Notes: generated by a model from the letters alone, not told the origin. Counted from the first letter of the stretch, positions 11,410 through 20,977 are shown. The stretch is 64,000 bases of DNA from Candidatus Latescibacterota bacterium (GCA_965198115.1 OZ240241.1:1248001-1312000), one strand, 5' to 3'. Program-made: numbers and translations.

Positions 11410-12798
11410 GGTCAAGTCCCATAGTCAGTTGAAACTCATCGGGCTCCGTGGTATTCATGCTCTCTGCCGAGCATCTTGATTGTCGCCGAGATTCAGGTTG
11501 TTTTTCAGTGCTTGCCTGAGCAGCGGGAGGTGTTTGTATCCGCTCACGCGTCGCAGGCGTGGTTCGATGTCGAGGAGTGCGGCCGCGACCCATCTGTGTC
11601 GCTGAGGAGAGTTGTTCCAGCGGTTGACCTTCCGTATCAGGTTGCCGGTCATGCTGTTGAGCGCCTCGATGCAATTGGTGGTTCGGAAGCTTCGCTTCAA
11701 GAACGGGAGCATCCCCAGCCGGTGGAGGGTCAGGGTTTCCTCCAGTCCTTCCTCGAGGCTTGCCACGGCAGACTGATTCATCAGCTTGAGTTCGGGTTTG
11801 AGTGATTCGAGTGCGGCCTTTGCCTCCTCGTAGGTGTCGCAGTCATAGGCTTTCTGAAGTTTCCGTCGAACTCTTGGACGTTCTGCCTCCGGGAGGTAGC
11901 TGACGACGTTCTCGCGCTTGTGACACTGACAGCGATGCACGCACACATCCCCTTTGAGGGCTTTGGTGACGGCACTGCGGAGTCCCTTTGAGCCGTCCAG
12001 CACAACGAGAAGGCCCTGGTCGTAGCACAGGCCTCTCCGGATGAGATCCTGGATCAGCTGACGGCAGATCCGTTCGTTCTCCGTCGCCGATTCGACGAAG
12101 CCCAGGGGGATCTTCTGGCCGTCCGTCGTGACGCCCGGAGCGATCACGATCTCTTCGTCGGCAAAGCTCTTTCCGTCGATGAACAGGGCGACCAAGTCGT
12201 AGTCGTCGAGCGGTCGTTCCTGGAACTGCTTCAGCTTCTTTGCGGTGGCTTTGATGAACCGTCGCGAGACGGAGGATGCCGAAATTCCGAACGCTTCGGG
12301 TACCGACTCTGCACAGGCTCTGTAGTTGCGACAGGAGATTCCCTTGAGCACACGAAGCAGCAGCTTCTCATCCATCGCTCTGGGCCTCTGCATCCCCCGG
12401 TATGCGGCCAGAGAAACCTCCGTATCGGACTCGACGTCGCGCACACGGGGAACGGCCACCGGCAGCTTCTGGTCCATCAGATACACGGACCCTTTCTGGC
12501 TTCCCCATCGACGATGCGACTGCTCTGAACCCTTACGCGCATACCGAACGCCTGCGAGCTGCTCCACCTCCTGCTGGAGCACGTCGGCAACGGCCTCCAG
12601 ACCCAGCGGAATCAGCGCCCGGATCACCGATAAACGCGTCTCCAAATCCATAACGTCTGACCCAACCTTGACTTCGCCATCCCCCTGCAAATAGCTTCTC
12701 CATCGTGGGCTCCTTTCTTACGGGTACACGCTCTCACACATCTACCCACAACGTAAGTTTGGAGCCCTTTAAGTTTCAACTAGGATAGGGACCTCACC
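11410..12798 (-). mobile_element. IS256-family insertion sequence (element A)
   Basis: Imperfect 27-bp TIRs GGTCAAGTCCCATAGTCAGTTGAAACT / GGTGAGGTCCCTATCCTAGTTGAAACT. 8-bp TSD GAGCGTCG at 11402-11409 and 12799-12806. Confidence 0.93.
11455..12690 (-). CDS. IS256-family transposase
   Basis: VPRVRD, LFIDGK, VLDGSKGL, RCQCHKREN, RTTNCIEALN. The SD-preceded ATG at 12703 is one base out of frame. Confidence 0.9.
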   Translation of the reverse strand: MQGDGEVKVGSDVMDLETRLSVIRALIPLGLEAVADVLQQEVEQLAGVRYARKGSEQSHRRWGSQKGSVYLMDQKLPVAVPRVRDVESDTEVSLAAYRGMQRPRAMDEKLLLRVLKGISCRNYRACAESVPEAFGISASSVSRRFIKATAKKLKQFQERPLDDYDLVALFIDGKSFADEEIVIAPGVTTDGQKIPLGFVESATENERICRQLIQDLIRRGLCYDQGLLVVLDGSKGLRSAVTKALKGDVCVHRCQCHKRENVVSYLPEAERPRVRRKLQKAYDCDTYEEAKAALESLKPELKLMNQSAVASLEEGLEETLTLHRLGMLPFLKRSFRTTNCIEALNSMTGNLIRKVNRWNNSPQRHRWVAAALLDIEPRLRRVSGYKHLPLLRQALKNNLNLGDNQDARQRA

Positions 12799-12841
12799 GA
12801 GCGTCGTCCCGCAGCATTGTAGAGCATCACAGAAACGCAAA

Positions 12842-12882
12842 GAGCCCCTCCGGGTCCAGAAGACCGGAGTGGCTCCTTTTTT
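12842..12882 (+). terminator. intrinsic terminator of the kinase gene
   Basis: GAGCCCCTCCGG...CCGGAGTGGCTC followed by CTTTTTT. Confidence 0.7.
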
Positions 12883-14301
12883 GGCTCTATCCGGGTTTCT
12901 CAACGGTGAAACTATAGAATGACAAGGTCATAGATCGTTCCCTACGCTTGGTTGTGTGTGTAGGACAATCAAAGCGAAGGGGGTGCGACCTATGACCGGG
13001 AGCAGATTACTATCGAAACTGCTGAGATTCAAGGGGTTCCGTGTTGTCAGCTGGTGGTTTGAGGGGAGAAGCTGTTTCGTCATCGCCGTAAAGCCACATA
13101 AGAATGGTTGTTGTTGTCCGGAGTGCGGCCGTCGAGGTAAAATCGTCCGCACAATGCCCCATCCGCGTCGGTGGCGTGACATTCCGGTGTGCGGGTGGAG
13201 GGTCTGGCTTCTCTACCATCCTCGGGAGATTCGGTGTCCTACCCACGGTCGTGTGGTCGAGGAGATTCCGTGGGCGGAGCGGTTCTCTCGGGTGACGTAT
13301 CGCTTCGAGTATGCCATGCTGCGCTACTGCCAGACCATGACGCAGAAGGCGGCGTCCGAGTTACTGCGCATCTCTGCCTCGACGCTGTCGGATCTCCTTC
13401 ACCGATCCATCACGCGGCTTCGTGAAGGTCATCGTATCCGAGGGCTCAAAACCATCGGGATCGACGAGATCTCCTACGCCAAGCGTCACAGGTACGCCAC
13501 GCTCGTTTACGATCTGGACCGCTCCTGCGTGGTGTGGGTTGGCCGCGGCAGGGCGCGTAAAACGATCGATCGGTTCTTCACAGAGGCTCTCAGTCCCTAC
13601 CGGAGATCCAAGATCGGGTGGGCCTGCTGCGACATGAGCGAAGCTTACATCGGAGCCATCCAGGAACACTGTCCGAATGCCAAGCTGGTCCTCGATCGCT
13701 TTCACATCGTCAAGGCTCTCAATGTCGCCGTTGACGAGGTCCGTAAGGACCAGTGGCGTAAAGCTGCCCCGGATGAGCGCAAAGCCATGAAGGGCCTCCG
13801 ATGGCTCCTCTACCGGCACTCAGCGACACGCTCCAGAGGGGATACTCGGACACTCAAAGCACTGGAGAAGGCGAACTACCGAATCTATAGAGCCTGGAGA
13901 CTCAAGGACGAGTTCGAGCAGTTCTGGGAATACAAAGCGCCCTGGGCTGCCGAACGCTTCCTGAAATGCTGGACGACGTCCGCACTCAGAGTCGACGTGA
14001 ACCCCTGCGAAAGTTCGTCAGGACCCTGCGACAGCACTTCTTCGGCGTCCTCGCATTCGTGAACACGCGTCTTACCAACGCCATCGCCGAAGGCCTCAAC
14101 CGAATCGTCCAAATCGTCAAGAACCGAGCCAGCGGATTCCGCACACTCGACGCATTCAACGATATGATCTTCCTTACCGTCGGAGACATAAACATCCCTG
14201 AGCAGATTCCGAAGAGGTTCCGCACACTCTAACCGCGCCCCCATGCCAGGAACCACGGCACCTTCACCCACTTCATCTCGTTGAGAGATCCGGATATAGC
14301 C
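12883..14301 (+). mobile_element. ISL3-family IS, copy 1 (frameshifted transposase)
   Basis: TIRs GGCTCTATCCGGGTTTCTCAACG / GGCTATATCCGGATCTCTCAACG. 8-bp TSD CCTTTTTT at 12875-12882 and 14302-14309. 1419 bp. Confidence 0.95.
12992..14232 (+). pseudogene. ISL3 transposase with 1-nt deletion
   Basis: CPECG zinc finger, IGIDE, CDMS, DRFHIV, NAIAEGLN. CTCAGAGTC at ~13990 versus CTCAGAAGTC in the intact copy 2. Confidence 0.88.
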
Positions 14302-14326
14302 CCTTTTTTGCGGTACAGTCGGCTGG

Positions 14327-17194
14327 CTACAGTCCCAACAGGTAGGAGACCTTCAGGATGAGGGAGCGATTTCGCTGCTTGATACTGCCAAACCCATCCT
14401 CGGTGTCGAATCCATTGTCGTAAACCAGAAAAACGTCACTTCCCGGCTTGTAACGATAGTTCAGGAGGAAGTTCGTACTCATGATCTGTTTGTCGTTGTT
14501 CACCTGGGTGAACAGTTTCACGAAGAAGTTGGTCGTGAACGAATAGACGATTCGATTGCTGAGGGCCAGAATATTCACGTTCCCCTCTGGCAGACGAATC
14601 CAGTTCGTGTTGAGTTGTGTCTCGAACGAAACGCGTCCGCTCGGGCTGTATCTATTCTCGAACCTCAGACTGTAGCGGCGCCCCGTGTAGTATGACCCCC
14701 CTTCGAAGAACACCCGTGGTCTCAACTTTCGAGCGCGACTGGGTGACGGACCGACGGTGAACGACGTAAAGTCATAGGTGCCGACAGGTACCACGATGTC
14801 CGGGCATCGATCCGATAGATCGAACTCCTCGGTTACCACGTCGTGGGTGCGCGTTACCTCCATCCGCCACCAGTCCGCCGTGTTGAACTGAGTCCACAGG
14901 TTGAAGCCCATTTCGTAAAATTTCACTTTGTTGTCGCGATCGGTGAGCACCTGGGCCTCGGGACCGATCGACATGTATCGGATGTTCAGGATGCCTGGCC
15001 TGGGACGCAAACGAATGCGACCGTCGTAGCGACGGAAGCCCTGAACGTCGTCCCTGCGGTTCACGAAGCCCACGCCGGGCTCGAAAGACTCCTCCACCTC
15101 CAGATACCGCAGGCGCGTTGAAAAAAACCCGCCGCTGTAATTGACGAAACCGAATCCCGCGTTGCCCGATGCGTCCAGATCCGAATCCCACGACTTGGCG
15201 ACGAACCCGTTCACGTTCAGTGCGGGCGTGGGCGAATAGCTGAAGTCGACGCCGGCCGTCCGGTTGTAGCGAGCCGCTCCTCCCAAGTTCACGAAATCGC
15301 CCGCGTCCTCCGCCGCTGGATCCATTCGAATCCCAAGCGAGTCCGCATAAGACGTCTGTTTATTCACGAACATGAAACCGATATTCGACCTCTTGAAAAG
15401 ATCCCGACGCATGCGGAGTACCGAGTAGTTCGTCCGCCTGACATCGGTCGTATCGTCATCGTCGATCACGAGCTGGTTGTCTGTCAACGCGTGCAGGGCG
15501 CCGATGCTGGTTCTGCCTTCCTTGCCCGCCACCTTCGATCCCAGGATGATCGGAATTTTGGCTCCTTCTTCGAGCCCGATGCGACGGGAGTAGAACAGCA
15601 ACGTTGGGGGACGTGACCCGCCACCCGTTCGCTCCGCTGGTTCACCGAACTCGAACAGATTGGCGCCTTCGAGGAAAAACTCGCGCTTTTCGGGGAAGAA
15701 CAGACGGAACTGCGTCAGGTTGACCTGTTCCTGGTCGCCTTCCACCTGGGCAAAGTCGGTGTTGTAGGATAAGTCTATTGTGATGTTCGGTGTGATGCCG
15801 TAGCGCAGGTCGCCACCCCACTCAACGGTCCCGTCTTCTTTTGGAGTGGCCGCCTCGAAGTCCTTGAGGGTTCCGGGCAGCACGTAGGGCTTGATCTGTA
15901 TCGCTTTGGAAGAGCCGATACCGCGGAGGCCGCGGAGCTCGCCGATGTCCGACGTCCAGTATCGCGCTCGACTGGTGGAACTCCGCCGCCCGACGACGAA
16001 CTGGGTCTCTTCATTCCGGCTAGAGATATTCCGGGCGAAATTGACACCCCAGACCATTTCCTCCGAGGGTTTGAATCGCAGCTGGTCGAACGGAATCTTG
16101 ACCTCCGCTGTCCAACGATCATCGTGGACCCGCGTCCGGCATTCCCAGTTGCAGTCCCAATCGCGATTCTGTGTCCGACCCCTGTTGGAAAGCATGACGT
16201 CCTGCTGCGCACCGAGCGGGTTCACGAAGAAGAAGAAGCCGTTCTGACGGTCGTTGTAGGTATCGAGGAGAATCTGGATGTTGTCTTCGCCCCAGAGCTC
16301 GGAATCGCGACGCATGTTGTTGGCGACGACTCGAGTGTCCTCGGAGATGTAGCAATCGAAACCAAAGTAGATTGCTTCGTCGTCGAAGATCACACGCGCT
16401 TCCGTTCGCTCGGTGCTTGGCATCCAGTATTGGGGTTCCCTCTGGATGAATCCACGAACGGGTTCTGAAGAACGCCAGGCGGTCTCGTCGAGCGAGCCGT
16501 CGAGTTTGGGACGCTCTTCGACCCGCGACGCGTAGACCACACGACGGGACTTGCTTTTGTCCCCATCGCCCGGGGTGATTCCGATGACACGATCGGAGAC
16601 CTTCAACGGCATCCCCGACGTCGAGATCCTCCGGGCGACGACCACGTCGTTCAGCTCCTTGATGACTTCGAGAGCTTCTCCCGAAGGTCCGGATGCGTTG
16701 GCCACAGCCAGTCGGCTCCACAGTGGTGCCGAACCGTTCATGCCCGAAACGTAGACGAGGTCGCCACCTACCTGTTCGACGGTTCCCACGGCATCGCCGA
16801 AGTGAATGCTCGGAGTGAGTCCACCGTTCTCGACGCCCAGGTCCGTCGTTGTGTGACCGTTGTGTTCACCCATTTCGGGAACAATACGAATCACGCGCAG
16901 ACCATTTCCGGCCGCTCGCATCACAGATTCGATCGTCATTCCGATTGCCAGGTCTTCTAACTCCGCGCGCGCGAATCGAACAGACCCTTTGGCAACACGT
17001 GCGACGGCCATCGTGCTGTCGTGACTGACGAGCCCGAATCGATCGCCGGGTTGGATAATCGTACGTTCGCCCAGGTCCAGGAAAACCGTGTTCCCGTGTA
17101 CGCGGACGACGTGCCCGTCGTCTTCTTCCGCAACGGCCGGACCCAGCGTCAGATGAACGAGGAAAACCGTCGAAAGCAGCCAGAATCGAATCAC
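14327..17194 (-). CDS. secreted/outer-membrane CBM9-like + DUF5916 protein with extra N-terminal beta domains
   Basis: Signal peptide, PKLDGSLDETAW and WTAEVKIPFDQLRF (CBM9-like), NTDFAQVEGD...NLTQFRLFFPEKREFFLEG (DUF5916), barrel-type C-terminus LKVSYLLGL. Confidence 0.85.
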   Translation of the reverse strand: MIRFWLLSTVFLVHLTLGPAVAEEDDGHVVRVHGNTVFLDLGERTIIQPGDRFGLVSHDSTMAVARVAKGSVRFARAELEDLAIGMTIESVMRAAGNGLRVIRIVPEMGEHNGHTTTDLGVENGGLTPSIHFGDAVGTVEQVGGDLVYVSGMNGSAPLWSRLAVANASGPSGEALEVIKELNDVVVARRISTSGMPLKVSDRVIGITPGDGDKSKSRRVVYASRVEERPKLDGSLDETAWRSSEPVRGFIQREPQYWMPSTERTEARVIFDDEAIYFGFDCYISEDTRVVANNMRRDSELWGEDNIQILLDTYNDRQNGFFFFVNPLGAQQDVMLSNRGRTQNRDWDCNWECRTRVHDDRWTAEVKIPFDQLRFKPSEEMVWGVNFARNISSRNEETQFVVGRRSSTSRARYWTSDIGELRGLRGIGSSKAIQIKPYVLPGTLKDFEAATPKEDGTVEWGGDLRYGITPNITIDLSYNTDFAQVEGDQEQVNLTQFRLFFPEKREFFLEGANLFEFGEPAERTGGGSRPPTLLFYSRRIGLEEGAKIPIILGSKVAGKEGRTSIGALHALTDNQLVIDDDDTTDVRRTNYSVLRMRRDLFKRSNIGFMFVNKQTSYADSLGIRMDPAAEDAGDFVNLGGAARYNRTAGVDFSYSPTPALNVNGFVAKSWDSDLDASGNAGFGFVNYSGGFFSTRLRYLEVEESFEPGVGFVNRRDDVQGFRRYDGRIRLRPRPGILNIRYMSIGPEAQVLTDRDNKVKFYEMGFNLWTQFNTADWWRMEVTRTHDVVTEEFDLSDRCPDIVVPVGTYDFTSFTVGPSPSRARKLRPRVFFEGGSYYTGRRYSLRFENRYSPSGRVSFETQLNTNWIRLPEGNVNILALSNRIVYSFTTNFFVKLFTQVNNDKQIMSTNFLLNYRYKPGSDVFLVYDNGFDTEDGFGSIKQRNRSLILKVSYLLGL

Positions 17195-17408
17195 TGATCC
17201 CTCATTATTGTCGGTAAAACGTTATAAAGTGGTGGCTGGCGAGCATCTCAAGTTAACATACGGCCGAATCGGTGTCAGCCAAGTCTTACATAAACCGATG
17301 GATGCCAATCCTCAGCTATTCGGTTAGTAAGCACATACCTACAAATCTATTCAATCGTTTTATCAGAACAAGCCCAAACACTGCTCCAACCTCTGTTTTC
17401 TCCGATTC

Positions 17409-18423
17409 CTATTCGATTTCCAGACCATTTTCGAGCATCGCGGCATGCAGGTGTGGCTCAATGAGCTCTTTCAGGTGGATATTTGCGTAGCCCACCCAGG
17501 CAACCGGTGATGTCGTATCCAGGGGCGCGTCAAGGGGCCGTCCATCCGGTCGCGCGATGAAAACTCCCCTTTCACGAGCAATGAGCTCCGTACAGACATC
17601 GTAAGGGTGACAGCAGATCCCGAGCTCCTGGCCTCTGCTCTGCAATACCCCTGCCAAATTGGGCCTCAGATCGGCGTTGAAACGGTCGTGGCCGGCCATC
17701 AGCTCGTAAAACTGCCCACCACTGCAGATATATTGATCCTCGAAGAGTCGGCTTTGCCTGGCTCTATCGGCCCAATCACGGCCTCGGCGACGGATTCCTC
17801 GATACGGGCAAGAATATCTTTCCCACCCGGGAAAAATCTCGAGATCATCCCGAACCCGTGCGTGAGGGTTCGTGCGCGGGACGGCTGGATCGAAATCGGT
17901 CCGAATTCTCGGGTCGTGCGGTCAAAACCTATCGCTCCGCTTGTCTTTCCCTTCACAGCCCAGAGTACATCCGATCGAAACTGTTTAGACGTCGGGATCT
18001 CCGTCTGAACGGCGATGTGAATGTCCTGAAGATTCGTTTGCGAGCCCTTGTTCGGTGCGACACCCGTGAGGATCCAGGCGCTGCGTTTGTCATACATCAG
18101 ACCCCGCGTACCGTCGATCGGATCGACGATGATTCGTAGAGCGGCGCTCTCGGCGGCGTCCCACTGGGGACCGTTACACCTTCTTCTGGCAGACCTTCAC
18201 CGATTAGAACGAAGGACAGCGTCTCCGCCAGTTCGACGTCGAACAACTCCATCAGGGCCACTTCGCCGATTCGATCGACATCGTAGATGGTGTCTCCCGC
18301 TGTCTCGTCTACCACATCGGACAGGTCAGCAGGATTCGAACGGTCGATGTGGTCGAGTACGGTGTCGCGGATTCTGCCCTGAATGCGTCTGATCCGCTCG
18401 ACAATCTCCATGGAATCGATCAC
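17409..18423 (-). pseudogene. inositol-monophosphatase-like protein, two frameshifts
   Basis: Three consecutive frames join into GDTIYDVD...IGEG...DPIDGTRGLMYDKRSAW...FEDQYICSGGQFYEL...HPYD. Frameshifts near 18150 and 17745. Confidence 0.8.
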
Positions 18424-18530
18424 TCTGTTGCCTCCTGAGACACACAAGTGCCTCGACGCTGCCATAGTAGTCTTTTGCCTTCGGTACGGCAACATTGCAC
18501 GTCATCTGAGGACCAAAGACAGCTTAGCCC

Positions 18531-18559
18531 TTGACACACAGACACGTCTTTCCCACATT
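18531..18559 (+). promoter_or_regulatory. sigma70-like promoter upstream of the riboswitch
   Basis: TTGACA-N17-CACATT. Confidence 0.5.
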
Positions 18560-18567
18560 TTGCGGTG

Positions 18568-18742
18568 CAAGGGTAGAGGCGCGGGATTCATGAGTAGTGA
18601 TCGTGCGGATGACAGATCCCACACACGGTCACGAAGGGGAATCGCCGCCGAAGTCGAAACCGTTTCTGTCGACGCTTTCGGCTGGTCCAGACAGAAAACA
18701 TCTTCTGGACTGTCACGGCAAAGGCCGTGGAGCGCTCTCTTG
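18568..18742 (+). ncRNA. lysine riboswitch (L-box)
   Basis: AGAGGCGC...ATGAGTA...GAAGGGGA..CGCCGAAG...ACTGTCAC..GTGGAGCGCT core motifs in the expected order over ~175 nt, directly upstream of asd. Confidence 0.9.
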
Positions 18743-18766
18743 TCGGTCGCTTTTCGAACGATTGTG

Positions 18767-18805
18767 AGCCGACGTCGCCTCTACCCACGGTGCGTCGGCT
18801 GTTTT
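18767..18805 (+). terminator. riboswitch-controlled attenuator hairpin
   Basis: AGCCGACG (18767-18774) pairs with CGTCGGCT (18793-18800), followed by GTTTT. Confidence 0.6.
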
Positions 18806-18820
18806 CGTATGGAGGAGAAC

Positions 18821-19903
18821 GTGAGCAAGTTCAAAGTTGGCATCCTGGGCGCAACCGGAATGGTTGGCCAGCGGTTTGTCAGCATTCTGTCCGACCACCC
18901 GTGGTTCGAGCCGGCCGTCGTCGCGGCCAGTCCTCGATCGGCCAGGAAAACCTACGCCCAGGCGGTCGAGGGGCGCTGGACCCTTCCCGGAGACGTGCCC
19001 GCTGCGGTAGCCGAGATGATCGTCGTCGACGTCCAGAAAATCGCAGCGATCACCGACGAGGTCGACTTCGTCGTGTCTGCGCTCGATATGGAAAAGGACG
19101 ACATCCGTCGTGTCGAGGAGACGTATGCGATGGCCGAAACGCCCGTCGTCTCGAACAATTCAGCCCATCGGTGGACACCCGACGTTCCGATGATCATTCC
19201 GGAGATCAACGCCGATCACGCCGACGTGATTCCCGCTCAGAGAAAGCGTCTTGGCACGACTTGCGGCTTCGTGTCGGTCAAACCCAATTGTTCGATTCAA
19301 CCCTACGTTCCGGCTTTTCACGCTCTTTGGGATTTCCACCCCACGCGTTCGACCGTTTGTACTTACCAGGCGGTCTCGGGTGCCGGGAAAACTTTCGCGA
19401 CGTGGCCAGAGATGGAAGACAACGTGATTCCCTTCATCGGTGGTGAAGAAGAAAAGAGCGCCCGTGAGCCGCTGAAGATCTGGGGCCACGTTGCCGACGG
19501 CGAGATCAAGGTTGCTGATGCTCCCGTCATATCGGCACAGTGCATTCGGGTCCCGGTGACCGATGGTCATATGGCGGCCACGTCCGTCTCTTTCGAGAGG
19601 AAACCGCCAAGGGACGAGGTGATCGATCGATGGCGAAACTTCCAGGGCAGCAAGAAAGCGGAAGGACTCCCCTCCTCACCCACGCCCTTCATGACCTACT
19701 TCGACGAGGACGACCGTCCACAGACGCGGTTGGATCGGGACGCCGGCAACGGAATGTCCATCACACTCGGCCGACTCCGTGACGACGAGCTGTTCGATTA
19801 CAAATTCGTCGCATTGAGCCACAACACGCTGCGGGGCGCGGCGGGTGGCGCGGTGCTGTTGGCAGAGCTTCTCAAGGCGCAAGGCTATATAGAAGCTAAG
19901 TAG
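18821..19903 (+). CDS. asd: aspartate-semialdehyde dehydrogenase
   Basis: VGILGATGMVGQRF, KPNCS, QAVSGAG, IRVPVTDGH, SHNTLRGAAGGAVL. GTG start after GGAGG. Confidence 0.96.
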   Translation: MSKFKVGILGATGMVGQRFVSILSDHPWFEPAVVAASPRSARKTYAQAVEGRWTLPGDVPAAVAEMIVVDVQKIAAITDEVDFVVSALDMEKDDIRRVEETYAMAETPVVSNNSAHRWTPDVPMIIPEINADHADVIPAQRKRLGTTCGFVSVKPNCSIQPYVPAFHALWDFHPTRSTVCTYQAVSGAGKTFATWPEMEDNVIPFIGGEEEKSAREPLKIWGHVADGEIKVADAPVISAQCIRVPVTDGHMAATSVSFERKPPRDEVIDRWRNFQGSKKAEGLPSSPTPFMTYFDEDDRPQTRLDRDAGNGMSITLGRLRDDELFDYKFVALSHNTLRGAAGGAVLLAELLKAQGYIEAK

Positions 19904-19998
19904 GTTGCATTCGGTGTTCGGTGTTCAGCTGCATCGGGATGCTGCCTGTTCTGCTCCGCGCGGATCATCACATTAGTGTGACGTAGAGAACAGATGCA

Positions 19999-20036
19999 GA
20001 AAAAGCCCCGGCGATATGATTCGTCGGGGCTTTTTC
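19999..20036. terminator. bidirectional intrinsic terminator between asd and flgC
   Basis: GAAAAAGCCCCGGCGA-TATGAT-TCGTCGGGGCTTTTTC. Confidence 0.85.
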
Positions 20037-20117
20037 TCGGGAGGTAGCGGGTCGCGGGGACGACCCGTTGCTGGGAGCTCTTTGAAACCGCGAGGAAGCG
20101 GTCGTGTGTCGGGGACG

Positions 20118-20668
20118 TTAAATATCCAAAGCTCGTTGGATCATGTCCTTGGCTGCGTTCATGGCTGTCACGTTGGCTTCGTAGGCCCTGGATGCCGTGA
20201 TCATATCGACCATCTCCGTGACCACGTTGATGTCCGGGTAGACGACGTATCCATCCTCTCGGGCATCCGGATGAGCCGGATCGTAAACCAGACGCGGTTC
20301 GGTCGGCTCTTCTCGAATTTCGACGGTTTCGACACCTGCTCCGAGCAGCTCTTCAATCGCCGGTCCGGGGCCCGCGGGGAGATGGTCCCGGTGCGTACTG
20401 CTGATATGCTGCTTCGTCGCGTTGAAGACGTCCCGGAAGCGCTGGGTGTAGGGGGACTCCACCATCACAACGCGCTTTCTCTTGAACGGGCCGCCCTCTT
20501 CTGTTCGTGTGGTCTCTGCGTTCGCGATATTGCTCGCGATCGCGTTCAACTTCCGTCGTTGCGCCGAGAGACCGTACCGCTGATGTCGAAGGCATCGAAA
20601 ACACCGCCTGACGGCGGCCGATACCCCGACGCGGAGCGAGCCAGCGTGACGCTCTGAGTCACAGCCAT
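20118..20668 (-). pseudogene. flgC: flagellar basal-body rod protein FlgC, 1-nt frameshift near 20572
   Basis: MAVTQ...FDAFDISGT | GLSAQRRKLNAIASNIANAETT...YDPAHPDAREDGYVVYPDINVVTEMVDMITASRAYEAN. Confidence 0.88.
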
Positions 20669-20724
20669 GGGATGGTCCTTATCGCTTCGAAGGGTGGTTA
20701 GCTTTCTACGCGCACACGATCTTT

Positions 20725-20741
20725 TGCAATCCGCGTGCCGA
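20725..20741 (-). promoter_or_regulatory. sigma54 -24/-12 promoter of flgC
   Basis: Minus strand TCGGCACGCGGATTGCA fits GG-N10-GC, ~55 nt upstream of the ATG. Confidence 0.75.
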
Positions 20742-20881
20742 TTGGAATCGCCCAGTCTGCTGGCGCCCTCCCTTTGTAGGACGGAAAAAAGGTGCCTCCG
20801 TTCAAGATCGGGCGGCAAATACGGCCTGCGCCCGTGGATTTTGGTTGTTCCGTGTTTGGGAGGTGGGCAAACTCCGTCAGC

Positions 20882-20977
20882 GTTGCGTGGCGGTTGCCTC
20901 CATCAGTTGCGTGGCGGTTGCCTCCATCAGTTGCGTGGCGGTTGCCTCCATCAGTTGCGTGACGGTTGCCTCCATCA
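20882..20977. repeat. 24-bp tandem repeat x4 (VNTR)
   Basis: GTTGCGTGGCGGTTGCCTCCATCA x3 plus one copy with a single G>A change. No spacers. Confidence 0.97.

Larger units (their letters stand above)
9967..12822 (+). pseudogene. membrane-bound hybrid sensor histidine kinase (periplasmic sensor, HAMP, HisKA, HATPase, remnant receiver tail), internally deleted and IS256-interrupted
   Basis: QKMEAIGRLAGGVAHDFNN, NLFVNARDAM and DTGVGM are present. The F/G2 boxes and most of the receiver are missing after ...EVRAH (11367). Out-of-frame tail PMAVLLEQLKDALER|RPAAL* (stop 12820-12822) is split by IS256. Confidence 0.8.

Noticed and set aside
20882-20977. CRISPR array
   Set aside because: The repeats are head-to-tail with no spacers, and there are no cas genes in the window.
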